Shown piece by piece: positions 10,298-20,382 of a stretch of DNA of 64,000 nucleotides. The first letter of the stretch is position 1. Every line of letters begins with the position of its first letter. Source of the stretch: Waterburya sp. Its GTDB lineage: Bacteria > Cyanobacteriota > Cyanobacteriia > Cyanobacteriales > Xenococcaceae. The stretch lies in the NCBI GenBank assembly GCA_965217895.1, contig CBDCJV010000002.1, positions 320,001 through 384,000 on the forward strand, written 5' to 3'. Below the pieces are notes generated by a model. That model was given only the letters and a program-made list of their open reading frames with translations. It was not told the origin of the DNA and did no database searches. The position numbers and the translations under genes are program-made.

Positions 10298-10334
10298 CCA
10301 AAATAGTCTAATTATCAACGAAGCTAATAAAACA

Positions 10335-11408
10335 ATGAAAGCAATTATTCTCTCTGGTGGTAAAGGTACAAGATTGCGTCCCCTGACTTATACAGGAGCG
10401 AAACAACTTGTTCCCGTAGCTAACAAACCGATTCTTTGGTACGGTATTGAGTCCATTGTGGCAGCAGGAATTACAGAAATTGGGATTATTATTAGTCCCG
10501 AAACAGGAGGCGAAGTAGAGTTCAAAACAGGTAATGGCGATCGCTTTGGAGCAAATATCACTTATCTTAGACAAGATCAGCCTTTAGGACTGGCACACGC
10601 GGTAAAAGTAGCTCAACCGTTTTTAGGAGATTCTCCCTTTGTAATGTACCTGGGAGATAACCTAGTTCAAAGTGAATTGGATCAGTTCATCGACAAATTC
10701 AAGTCTCAACACCTTGATGCTTTAACTTTACTCTGCGAAGTCGAAAACCCCTCTGCTTTTGGGGTAGCGAAAGTAGATGATCGGGGTAACGTTTTGCAGC
10801 TAATCGAAAAACCCAAAAATCCGCCTTCAAACTTGGCACTAGTAGGAGTGTATTTATTCTCTTCTGAAATTCATCAGGCGATCGCCAATATTCAACCATC
10901 TCCTAGAGGTGAATTGGAAATTACCGATGCCATCCAATATCTAATCGATCAAAAGCAAAAGGTAGCATCTTTTCAATTATCAGGCTGGTGGCTGGATACA
11001 GGGAAAAAAGATGATTTGCTCGCAGCCAACCAAATTATCTTAGATACTTGCTTAGAATCAACTCACGAAGGAACGATAGACAAAGAAAGTAAGGTTAGTG
11101 GTCGAGTTCACGTAGGGAAAGGCTCTCAGGTCAATAACTCCATGATTCGTGGCCCTGTAACCATCGGTGAGAACTGTAAAATTGAAAACTGTTTTATTGG
11201 TCCTTATAGTAGTATCGCTGACGACACGACCCTAATTGATATCGACATTGAGCATAGCGTAGTGCTTAAAGGTGCAACAATTGAAGGCATCAATAGCCGT
11301 ATTGTCGATAGTTTGATTGGCGAAAGAGCGCATTTAAAAGCTGCTCCCAAACGTCCCAAAGCATTACGCTTTATGATTGGTGATGATTCTCAAATTGAAT
11401 TATCGTAG
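10335..11408 (+). CDS. rfbA: Glucose-1-phosphate thymidylyltransferase (long form)
   Basis: LSGGKGTRLRPLT, KQLVPV, RGELEITD, WLDTG; C-terminal beta-helix. Confidence 0.95.
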   Translation: MKAIILSGGKGTRLRPLTYTGAKQLVPVANKPILWYGIESIVAAGITEIGIIISPETGGEVEFKTGNGDRFGANITYLRQDQPLGLAHAVKVAQPFLGDSPFVMYLGDNLVQSELDQFIDKFKSQHLDALTLLCEVENPSAFGVAKVDDRGNVLQLIEKPKNPPSNLALVGVYLFSSEIHQAIANIQPSPRGELEITDAIQYLIDQKQKVASFQLSGWWLDTGKKDDLLAANQIILDTCLESTHEGTIDKESKVSGRVHVGKGSQVNNSMIRGPVTIGENCKIENCFIGPYSSIADDTTLIDIDIEHSVVLKGATIEGINSRIVDSLIGERAHLKAAPKRPKALRFMIGDDSQIELS

Positions 11409-11508
11409 AAGTAAAAGAAATAGGTGGGCATAAAAAACAATTATGTATTGAGATACAGAGTTTAATTTATACCCACCGAAAAGCTAAGACAATATAATCT
11501 ACAAAGCT

Positions 11509-12963
11509 TTAGTCCGTAGTCCCAGTTTGCAAAGATTCCTTGGCAACTCTTGTCCACTCTGTATGAGAAAATTCACCTCTTGGTGTATCTACTCTTTCAT
11601 AAGTATGTGCGCCAAAGTAATCCCTTTGAGCCTGAGTTAGATTCTGAGGTAGACTAGCACGGCGATAACTATCAAAATAGTCCAAAGAAGAACTAAAAGC
11701 AGGAACAGCAATACCTAACTTGTTGGCAGTTGCCAAAACTTCACGCCATGCAGCCTGGCGATCAACAATTGACTGTTTAAATTCTGGCGCAAGGAGTAGA
11801 TTAGGCAGATCGGGATTTTCGTTAAACGCATTTTTGATTTTGTCTAAAAAAGCTGCCTTAATAATACAGCCTCCTTTCCAGATTCGGGCTATTTCTGCCA
11901 AGTCGAGGTTAAAGTTAAACTCAGCCGATGCCTTGCTCAACAATGCCATACCTTGAGCATAGGAACACATTTTGGAGCAGTATAAAGCATCTCGGACTCG
12001 ATCGATAAAGTCTTGCTTATCTCCCTCGTATTTAGCGGTTGGACCGCTAATCTCTTTAGAAGCAGCTACTCGTTCTTCTTTATATGCAGACATGACGCGA
12101 GCGTTAACCGCAGCATAAATAGTGGGAATTGGCACGCCCAACTCCAGAGAACTTACTACTGTCCATCGTCCTGTACCTTTTTGTCCCGCAGCATCTAAGA
12201 TTGAATCTACTAAAGGTTGGTGCGTTTTGGGATCGATGTTGCTAAAAATGTCGGCAGTAATTTCAATCAAAAAAGAATCTAGTTCATCAGTATGATTCCA
12301 CTGGCTAAAGACTTCTTCTAACTCTTTGCCATTTAAGTCTAAAGTGGTTTTCATTAGGTCATAGGCTTCGGCGATTAGCTGCATATCCCCATACTCAATG
12401 CCGTTGTGTACCATTTTGACATAGTGACCAGCACCACCAGGACCAATAAAAGTGACACAAGGGCCATCATCAACCTGAGCGGCAATTTTAGTTAAAATTG
12501 GCTCTAGGTCACGATAACCAGCCTCTGTGCCTCCAGGCATCAAACTAGGTCCTTTAAGTGCGCCTTCTTCGCCACCGCTGACTCCCATACCCACAAAACC
12601 TAGTCCTGTTGACTCTAGATCTTTAGTCCGTCTTTCAGTATCGTTATATAAAGAGTTTCCGCCATCGATAATAGTGTCTCCTTTGTCTAGTAGTGGTTTT
12701 AACTGATCGATAACCGCATCTACTGGTTTACCTGCTTTGACCATTACCAAAATATTACGGGGACGTTCTAAAGTCTGCACAAATTCTTCTAAGGAATAAG
12801 CAGCTTTAATGTCCTTGCCTTTAGCCCTGACTGCCATAAATGTCTCGGTTTTAGCAGCAGTACGGTTATATACAGCGATCGGAAAACCGCGACTTTCTAC
12901 GTTGAGGGCGAGATTTTCCCCCATAACGGCTAAACCAATTACACCAAAAGTTCTCTTTGCCAT
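11509..12963 (-). CDS. gndA: NADP-dependent 6-phosphogluconate dehydrogenase
   Basis: GLAVMG, VSGGEEGA, KMVHNGIEY, QAQRDYFGAH. Confidence 0.98.
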   Translation of the reverse strand: MAKRTFGVIGLAVMGENLALNVESRGFPIAVYNRTAAKTETFMAVRAKGKDIKAAYSLEEFVQTLERPRNILVMVKAGKPVDAVIDQLKPLLDKGDTIIDGGNSLYNDTERRTKDLESTGLGFVGMGVSGGEEGALKGPSLMPGGTEAGYRDLEPILTKIAAQVDDGPCVTFIGPGGAGHYVKMVHNGIEYGDMQLIAEAYDLMKTTLDLNGKELEEVFSQWNHTDELDSFLIEITADIFSNIDPKTHQPLVDSILDAAGQKGTGRWTVVSSLELGVPIPTIYAAVNARVMSAYKEERVAASKEISGPTAKYEGDKQDFIDRVRDALYCSKMCSYAQGMALLSKASAEFNFNLDLAEIARIWKGGCIIKAAFLDKIKNAFNENPDLPNLLLAPEFKQSIVDRQAAWREVLATANKLGIAVPAFSSSLDYFDSYRRASLPQNLTQAQRDYFGAHTYERVDTPRGEFSHTEWTRVAKESLQTGTTD

Positions 12964-13297
12964 AGTATTAAAATTGTCTAAAATTGCCTAAAAATTTCTT
13001 TGTTTGTCTGGAAAATAACAACCTAGGAAAAGGCTAACGCAGTTTCATGGATGAGAATCGTTTTTTAATTAACTCTTTTATTTTCTAGAGGCACAAAAAT
13101 AATTTGCCTGCTTGCTTGAGCAAAAATCGGTGTTGAATTACACAGTTATCTCTTGGGTCTAATAAATTTGCTATACATTTTGTAACCTGATATCTCGACA
13201 ATTTACAAATTAATTAATAATTGGTGAAGGATTATGCGTTATCGCTAATTGCCCCAATATTTGAAAAGCTGTTTTTGCCAAACTTTTACTAGCTTTT

Positions 13298-13511
13298 GCC
13301 CCCCAGCCCCCAAGCTTGGCGAGCGACCCCGCGTCGCCGTTAGGCGCAAACGCCAGTTCCTTCGCCCTCAGCAGTCGCTCTTTGTTGGAAACCAACAAGA
13401 TCGCGCTGCTTCGTAAGTCGGGAAACCCGCCCAACGGACTGGCTTGGGAATGCGCGAGTTGGGATTTAGAGGGCTTTTGTGTAGCAAATTTGACTTCTCA
13501 GACGACCTCTA
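13298..13511. repeat. Composite GC-rich repeat with nested hairpin elements
   Basis: C-rich/G-rich outer arms; 41-nt hairpin core 13352-13443 carrying a 51-nt insert (13364-13414) that contains a second 41-nt core. Confidence 0.75.
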
Positions 13512-13665
13512 AGTAGACTTAATGGATTCTTTCGAGGTAACTGAGAAAAACTAATAAGTTACGTTTTCAAGACCTAGATACGAGGCGATTTTGTGAAACT
13601 ATGAAACCATAACCTAAACTCATTCCACGGTTAAAAACATATTTAAAATTGAGGCAAAATTTACG

Positions 13666-14022
13666 ATGACATGGACTAAAACTTTGGCTGCTGATGCCCT
13701 CGCACCTGGCACAAGACAAGTAGTAAAATTACAACAGCGATCGCTTTTATTGCTCAATGAAGCAAATAATATCTACGCGATTGATAGCATTTGCCCCCAT
13801 ATGAAGTTACCCTTGAAAAAAGGCAAAGTCACCGCAGATGGCTCGATTGTCTGTCCTTGGCATCGGAGTGAATTTGACCTTAAGACTGGCAATGTCAAAA
13901 ATTGGTGTACTTTTCCTCCTGTTGTGGGTAATATTTTAGGCAAAATTTCGGCAGAGCAATCCTTGGGAGTTTTTCCAGCAAAAGTAGAAGATGGACAAAT
14001 TCTGGTGGATTTACCCGTTTAA
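13666..14022 (+). CDS. Rieske [2Fe-2S] ferredoxin-like protein
   Basis: CPH and CPWH ligand motifs. Confidence 0.92.
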   Translation: MTWTKTLAADALAPGTRQVVKLQQRSLLLLNEANNIYAIDSICPHMKLPLKKGKVTADGSIVCPWHRSEFDLKTGNVKNWCTFPPVVGNILGKISAEQSLGVFPAKVEDGQILVDLPV

Positions 14023-14049
14023 AAATTAGAACGTTAAAGATAATTAGTT

Positions 14050-14127
14050 AAAAAACCCCCAAACTCTCGCGTATAGGCGACTTGAGCCTTTGTTTTGGCA
14101 GGTCGCTCGCCAGATTTTTTGGGGGAT
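14050..14127. repeat. Hairpin-forming intergenic element between convergent genes
   Basis: CCCCCAAA...TTTGGGGG outer arms, inner GCGACTTG...CAGGTCGC stem. Confidence 0.45.
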
Positions 14128-14327
14128 AAGCACGATTGTCTGGAATCTTAAGTCCATTTTTGACAATCAGGCGATCGCTGATATGATGATCATCTTTGAG
14201 ACTATAATCATTCTAATTTAGTTGGCGTATGGTAGTTTTGTATTGATAACCAGATTAAATGCTAATCATTACTCATTACTTTTTCCCAAAACCAACTGGT
14301 TGCTATTTAAAATGACTACAATTTACA

Positions 14328-15485
14328 TCAGGCGTGATGTAATAATTCAGTTAATTTATTCAACAACTCTTTTTCGTCATATGGTTTAGAAAAATAAGCT
14401 GAAGCTCCTAAATTCATGGCTAGTTTTTTGTGTTTTTCATTACTGCGAGAAGTCAGCATTGCTATTGGAAGATCGGCAAATTCAGGTCGCTCTTTTATTT
14501 CTTCGAGAACTCCATAGCCATTTAGTCTTGGCATTTCTAGATCGCAGATAATAGCCTGTACAGCCAGCCCGCTAATGAGCTTATCTACAGCTTCTTGACC
14601 ATCTTTGGCTTGTTCAACTTGATAACCTGCTCTTTCTAAAGTTAGACTCAGGTAACGACGTACATTAATCGAGTCATCGACTACCAAAATAGTTGGTGCG
14701 GTCTTTATGTTACTAATTTCTGGCAAATCTAAGCTAGATCGATCCTCAGCCAAGAAATTAATTGCACTTTTATCAGCTAACGCCATCGGGTCGATCAGAG
14801 GAATAACTTTACCATCACCAAAAACCACAGAACTAATTATACCAGGAGGTAAAGGAATCGGACTTTCTATGGTTCTGATAGTGGATTCTTGCTCATTCCA
14901 AAAACGTGCAATTTTTAAGGCAGCATAAGATTGTTTATCCCCAACCACTAAAGTCATCGGGCGATTAATTGTAGGTTCTCCTGTCAAATAGAGAGCATTA
15001 TGTGAACGACCATAGACAAGTATTTTTTCTACTTCTATCAGGGGAATTTCTGACTGATTCCAATCTACTGTTTTGGTGTTTTCTGAAGTTAAGATTGGCT
15101 CTAACTCCAGAGGTATTAACTCTCGAATACTATTAGCGGGAATAGCAAAAATCATGTCTCCCTGTTCAATAATTGCTACCCGTAAAATAGATAATGAAAA
15201 AGGAATTCTGAGGGTGAAAGTTGTTCCTTTTCCTGGTTCAGTAGACACCTGAACATTACCGCGAACTTCTTGCAGATTGGTTTTTACAACGTCCATACCC
15301 ACACCTCTACCTGAAAGTTCTGTAACCTGTTGTGCCGTACTAAATCCAGGCTCAAAAATGAAGTTTAGTAGTTCTGCTTCTGGTATTTGGGCTATTTCAG
15401 ATTGGGAAACGCCCATCTGACGGACGCGATCGCGAATTTTATCAAGACTAATTCCCCCGCCGTCGTCGCTTAGGGTAATGACGCT
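14328..15485 (-). pseudogene. cheA: 3' fragment of a CheA-like hybrid kinase (part of HATPase, CheW, REC)
   Basis: Frame stays open upstream of the listed ORF through ITLSDDGGGI (G1 box) to the IS4 end; FEPGFSTA, SGRGVGMDVV, CheW domain, receiver VVDD...ICDLEMP. Confidence 0.9.
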
Positions 15486-16401
15486 CTAAGTACAGGACAA
15501 AAGTTTTAAAGAATCAAAAAATTCAGACTGTTTTAAATCCAGATCTAAAAAAATAGATCGTAAGTAGTCCAAACCATAGCGAAAAATGCTTTTGGCTAAT
15601 CTTCCATGCTTCTTAATTTTAATGGGATTAGATTGATGTAACCATTCACCCATTTTGATTGCCCAGCATAGAGCCAGAGACATGAGAGCGACAAGCTTAC
15701 TTAACCGTTCTGGGTCAATAAAATGAGTAGACTCAAGACAAAATCCCCTAGTTTTGAACATTCCGAACAATGTTTCAATTGCCCATCGTTTTCCATAGTC
15801 GGAAATAGCTGTTTGAGAAGGGTCAGGGGCAACAACAATCAGCAATTCTCCGTTATCTAAACGCAGAGCAGAAACGTAAACAGAACGTCCCCAAACCCAG
15901 CGACGACCTGATAAAACCTGAGTCTGACCTGGTTTTAAGTTAGCGAAGATAATCGAAGCTCTTAAATCTTGTTTACCATTATTGATGCGATCGCTATGAC
16001 GTATTCTCAATCGAAAGGGAATAGTCGGCTCAATCAGAAGGTAAGTTAACCATTGTTTACCGACGAACTCTCGATCGCCTGTCAGAAAAGCTATTTCAGC
16101 CTCAGGAAACCTCTCATAGAAACTATCGAGTAAATCCATTCTTTCATCACTATTGGAATTACCCTTCTTCTTCAGCATTTTCCAGACGACAGGGTAGGCT
16201 ACACCTACACCATCATGAACTATTCCCAGCATCAAAATATTAAAGCGAGTTTGCCCAAATGACCATTCAGTTCTATCTGTACTTAGAACCCATGGTTGTG
16301 GAATCTCCATTATCTTCACTATTGCTTTAGCAATGACGGAGTAATCTAAGTCAAAATTACGAAAAAATCGCTGTAGACGCTTGTAACTAGAATCAGTTTT
16401 A
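15486..16401 (-). mobile_element. 5'-truncated IS4-family element, DDE transposase remnant
   Basis: DRTEW, GDREF, YGKRWAIETLFGMFK (YREK); frame open upstream (KTDSSYKRLQRFF) until cut by IS982; stop lies in the terminal CTAAGTACAGGACAAAA. Confidence 0.85.
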
Positions 16402-17932
16402 ACCTGAGTTCGGGATAAGGAAAGGGACAGGTAGTAAGCTGAAAATAACTACTTTATTCAACCAACCTGTCCTATGTTTAGTCTAGACGCTTTGTTTTGT
16501 GATGTAGATGATGTCTTGATTCAGTCGCTTCAAGTCGAGAAAGGGGTACTCCCCGCATCTGACCCGCCCAACGCGCTGAATCGCTTTTTGTCATCATTTT
16601 GAGCCTCAATGGAAAGCAAGATTGTTACATCATGGAGGAATTAAAAGAGTTAGGGCAAAAAGTCTCTGTCTGAGCGAGATTATGACAATTTTAATTGCCT
16701 TTCATCAGAATCATTATCGTACCCTCGTCAGTCGCTACAACGTGTCACAGACCCGCAACGCGCTGACTCGCAATTTCAAGCATTTCTATCTCGACTATGT
16801 AAAACAGCATTGGAATACGGCTTTTCCAGGACTTCCTAGCTATCAAAGGTTTGTCGAATGGACTCCTTCAACTCTCGTTCCCTTATGTGTCTATCTCAAA
16901 CATTGTTTTGGAAGCCCGACAGGTATTGGCTTTGTTGATGCGACTAGCCTCAAAGTTTGTCAACACGGTGGTTGTATAAGCTGGGGAAACCCCAGCATAC
17001 CCCACCGTCACAATCGCCGAATCAAACGGCATAAAGTCTTTGACGGTTTAGCTGCTCGTGGCAAAACATCAGTCGATTGGTTTTTTGGTTTCAAACTTCA
17101 TCTAATTGTTAATGAAGTTGGTCAATTATTAAATGCTCAATTAACTCCTGGCAATGTAGATGATCGTCGCCCTATTCCAGAAAGGACTTGTCCGCATCTA
17201 TTACTCAAAGGTCTTTTTGGTAAATTTTTCGCAGCTCGTGGCTATGTCTCCCAAAAGCTCGCTAATCAATTACTAGAAGAATTTGGGATTCAGTTTTTTG
17301 CTAAACCTCGGCTTCACAAGTAGCAGATAACAAGTAGCGCAGCCTGGAGGCTGCCGACGTTGCTCCGCAACGGCCAGACGCGAAGCGCGTCTGCAAGTTC
17401 AACCTCTGCCACAGCAAGCAAAGCTTGCAAAGTCGTCGAAGACGACGACATGGAGCGATAGCTCCTGTGTCAGACAAAGGGCTTGCCCGCATGTATTCAA
17501 GAGTTGAATTATTTTTTCACCTTTTCCTCATCAATGAAGAGGCTGCATATCCAACTTCGGAGTTTTTCTTAATTGCTATCTGCGCGAACGGTCGTTCGCC
17601 GCCTTTGCGAAGGAAAGTCGAGCCGCTCCACGCGGCTGCTACTTGCTACTTAACTCCGAAGGAGTTTGGTAACATGAAGAACAAGCTGATGCGTCTTCAT
17701 GACAAACTTCTTTCCCGTCAACGCTCTATTATTGAAACTATTAATGACCAACTGAAAAATATTTCTCAGATCGAACATTCTCGTCATCGATTGCGAAGCT
17801 AGCCGAAGGCATCGCCAGTCAATTTTTGCGTCAATGTTCTCTGTGGATTAATCGCTTATTGTCATCAACCAAAAAAACCTAGTCTGCGTCTTGATTGGCT
17901 TTTACCTCAATCTGCCTAACCCGAACTCAGGT
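16402..17932 (+). mobile_element. IS982-family element with both inverted repeats
   Basis: Left ACCTGAGTTCGGG at 16402, right CCCGAACTCAGGT ending 17932; no target duplication. Confidence 0.92.
16474..17919 (+). pseudogene. IS982 transposase interrupted by six hairpin insertions
   Basis: [49 protein letters not shown]; about 292 aa after removing inserts; ADRGY Asp reads Ala. Confidence 0.9.
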
Positions 17933-18072
17933 TAACTAGCTTATAGTTCCCAAAGTAAGCTAATAATCGATCGATTTACTGATAATTTTTTTTCAAGATT
18001 TGTGCAAAGGAATTTTGTCAAAGATTCTAAGGATTTATGTTGTTTAAAACACAGTCTATATTTCAATGAAAA

Positions 18073-20382
18073 TTATTTCAGTTCTTTGAATTTGTCCAAT
18101 CCTCCCAGGAATTGCTCTGTCATAAGACTCCATACGGTACGATTTTCATTGATGCGAATATTAGCCTGAACTTCCATCCCAGGCTGAAGATATTTTTTTT
18201 GTCCTTTGATCTTGAGATAGTCTTTGTCTAGCTCAATATTGGCTACATAACGGAAAAAATCATAGGGAGCTTCGGGTTTTAAGGCACTAGCACTAATAAA
18301 CTTGACTTTGCCCTTAATATCCCCATACTCACTATAGTCAAAAGCACTAATTCGCACGTCTGTAGACATTCCTTTTTCAACAAATCCAATATCTTTGGGA
18401 GTAATAAAGATTTCGGCGATTAAATTTTCTGTCGGCACAATTTGCAATACAGGACTAGCTGCCTGACCAGAAGGAGGAACGTATCCAGGATATGCCTTCA
18501 GGTCAAAAACATCTCCTGTTACAGGAGCTTTTATCGTCTGATATTTGAGGTTTTGTTCGGCACTGCTGACTTGACTATTAATTTCGGCTATTTGTTTATC
18601 GTTTTCAACGATTGTTTTATTGAGTTGACTGTCAATGTCTGCTAGTCGTTTGCTATTTTCGGCTCGTCGATCGTATAAATCTTTGGTCGAGAGAGTACCC
18701 GTATTATCTAGCTGCTCTTTAGCTTGAGAAATATCTAGGCTCAATCGCTGTTCTTCTTGCAAGAGGCGATTAATTTCTGATTGTAAGGTTGTTACCTGCT
18801 GTTGCTGGCGATCGCGTTCTAGATTACCTTGCTTGAGATCATCAACCATTGTTTGCTGGCGATCGTTAATTCTTTGTCTTTGCTGATCTACCTGAAGTTT
18901 AGCAATTCCTCCTTGTTTATAGACAGGAACAATAGCTTTTAAAGTTCCCTCTTCAATTTTCAAGCTGTCTTCAGCCTGTTGTCTTGCTTCAGTGTTACGC
19001 TCTATAATTTCTTTTAAGTTTTGTTTACCTGTAGCTAACTGCGCTCGATTGTCCCCTAGCTGAATTTTAGTTTGTTCTAGCTGTTTTTCTAGTTGTTCAA
19101 CCTCTAGTCTGGCCGAGGCGGTTCTTTGTTGCAAATCTGCTCTTGATGCTTCTAATCTAGCCTGTTGTTCTGGAGCTAGTTTTTGATTGGAATTGCCTAA
19201 AAGAGAATTAAACATTTCGTTTTCCTCTTTTAATGCTGCTCTATTGCGAGTGAGTTCTGATACTTCTCTAGGGATTTTTAAAGAGGCAATCACTTCATCA
19301 ATACTTTCGGTATCAATTTTTTCTGACATCAAGGCGCGATAAAATTTGTTTTCTTGTTGCAAAGACTGTCGCACTTTACCCAGGGAATTAACCTGAGCTT
19401 TAGAGGTTGTAGAATCTAAGACTAGTAAAACATCACCTTTTTTTACTCGTTGCCCTTCTTCTACCTTTACTTCTGCGACTACACCATTGGTAGGCACCTG
19501 TATTTCCTGTAGCTTATTAGTAGGCTGAATTATACCTTGGGCAGGAATTACTCGTTCAATCTTGGCAACCAAAGACCAAACAATGGTAAAGATAGTGACG
19601 CCCATAATTCCTGCCATAGTGGCTCTAGACCATCTAGGAGAAGGACGCAAAATTACTGTTTGCTCAAACTTGCGAGATTTAATTGAGGCAGGATCTCGTT
19701 TAATTAAAGAACCATTATCCCCAGAGGCTGTAGTAACAAGCTGTCCAGGGGGATAAGAGCGTTCTTTGAGAGTTTGAGTTTCTGTCTGACTTTTGATTAC
19801 CAACGGAGATATTGCAGGGAGCTTGTTAGCTTCTTGCGTTTGAGGCAAGGCTAGGTTGCGATAAATTCCTGGCCCAATTTGAGCATAACCACGATGTACC
19901 GATCTAATCGCATCGGTAAGTTCTTTGGCGGGAGTGCCTTTGAGTAAATAACCCATTGCTCCAGAGCTAAGAGAGCGAGCAACATATTCCTCAGTATCAA
20001 AGGTACTAAGCACCAATACTTTAACGTCAGAAAATTTCTGGCAAATGATTTTAGTTGCTTCCATGCCGTTCATTCCCGGCATCTCCATATCCATCAAAAC
20101 AACATCAGGCTCAAGTGACTGTACCTGTTTTACAGCGTGTTCGCCATTTTCAGCAACGCCAACTATTTCAATATCTGTTTCTGTTTTGATTAGGGCTTTT
20201 AATCCTTCCCTAATCATTTTTTGATCGTCAACGATTAAAATACGAATTGAACTATTAGAAGAATCGACAGCACGATCATTTCCATAATTAGATTGCCCTT
20301 GATTAAGCAATTTATCCCGTTTAGGTTGAGGCAAACTATTGCCTGAAAGGTAGTCGGTGCTACCATTGCTAGATGAGTTCAT
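18073..20382 (-). CDS. Response-regulator receiver fused to a HlyD-family secretion adaptor
   Basis: NarL-type REC (IVDD, LMDMEMP, LLKG), TM helix, lipoyl-like half motifs, long coiled coil, IKAPVTG, YGDIKG, LQPGM. Confidence 0.9.
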   Translation of the reverse strand: MNSSSNGSTDYLSGNSLPQPKRDKLLNQGQSNYGNDRAVDSSNSSIRILIVDDQKMIREGLKALIKTETDIEIVGVAENGEHAVKQVQSLEPDVVLMDMEMPGMNGMEATKIICQKFSDVKVLVLSTFDTEEYVARSLSSGAMGYLLKGTPAKELTDAIRSVHRGYAQIGPGIYRNLALPQTQEANKLPAISPLVIKSQTETQTLKERSYPPGQLVTTASGDNGSLIKRDPASIKSRKFEQTVILRPSPRWSRATMAGIMGVTIFTIVWSLVAKIERVIPAQGIIQPTNKLQEIQVPTNGVVAEVKVEEGQRVKKGDVLLVLDSTTSKAQVNSLGKVRQSLQQENKFYRALMSEKIDTESIDEVIASLKIPREVSELTRNRAALKEENEMFNSLLGNSNQKLAPEQQARLEASRADLQQRTASARLEVEQLEKQLEQTKIQLGDNRAQLATGKQNLKEIIERNTEARQQAEDSLKIEEGTLKAIVPVYKQGGIAKLQVDQQRQRINDRQQTMVDDLKQGNLERDRQQQQVTTLQSEINRLLQEEQRLSLDISQAKEQLDNTGTLSTKDLYDRRAENSKRLADIDSQLNKTIVENDKQIAEINSQVSSAEQNLKYQTIKAPVTGDVFDLKAYPGYVPPSGQAASPVLQIVPTENLIAEIFITPKDIGFVEKGMSTDVRISAFDYSEYGDIKGKVKFISASALKPEAPYDFFRYVANIELDKDYLKIKGQKKYLQPGMEVQANIRINENRTVWSLMTEQFLGGLDKFKELK

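Noticed and set aside
8818..11408. rfbB missing from the rhamnose cluster
   Set aside because: Dispersed pathway genes are common in cyanobacteria; it is probably elsewhere in the genome.
13210..13516. Two short ORFs between gnd and the Rieske gene
   Set aside because: They span the nested repeat element and show no protein motifs.
17311..17668. Possible CRISPR array
   Set aside because: No constant repeat alternating with spacers and no cas genes in the window.
17301..17802. ORFs 17425..17802 (+) and 17301..17492 (-) as genes
   Set aside because: Chance frames through GC-rich hairpin inserts; only the NMKNK...HR part is transposase.
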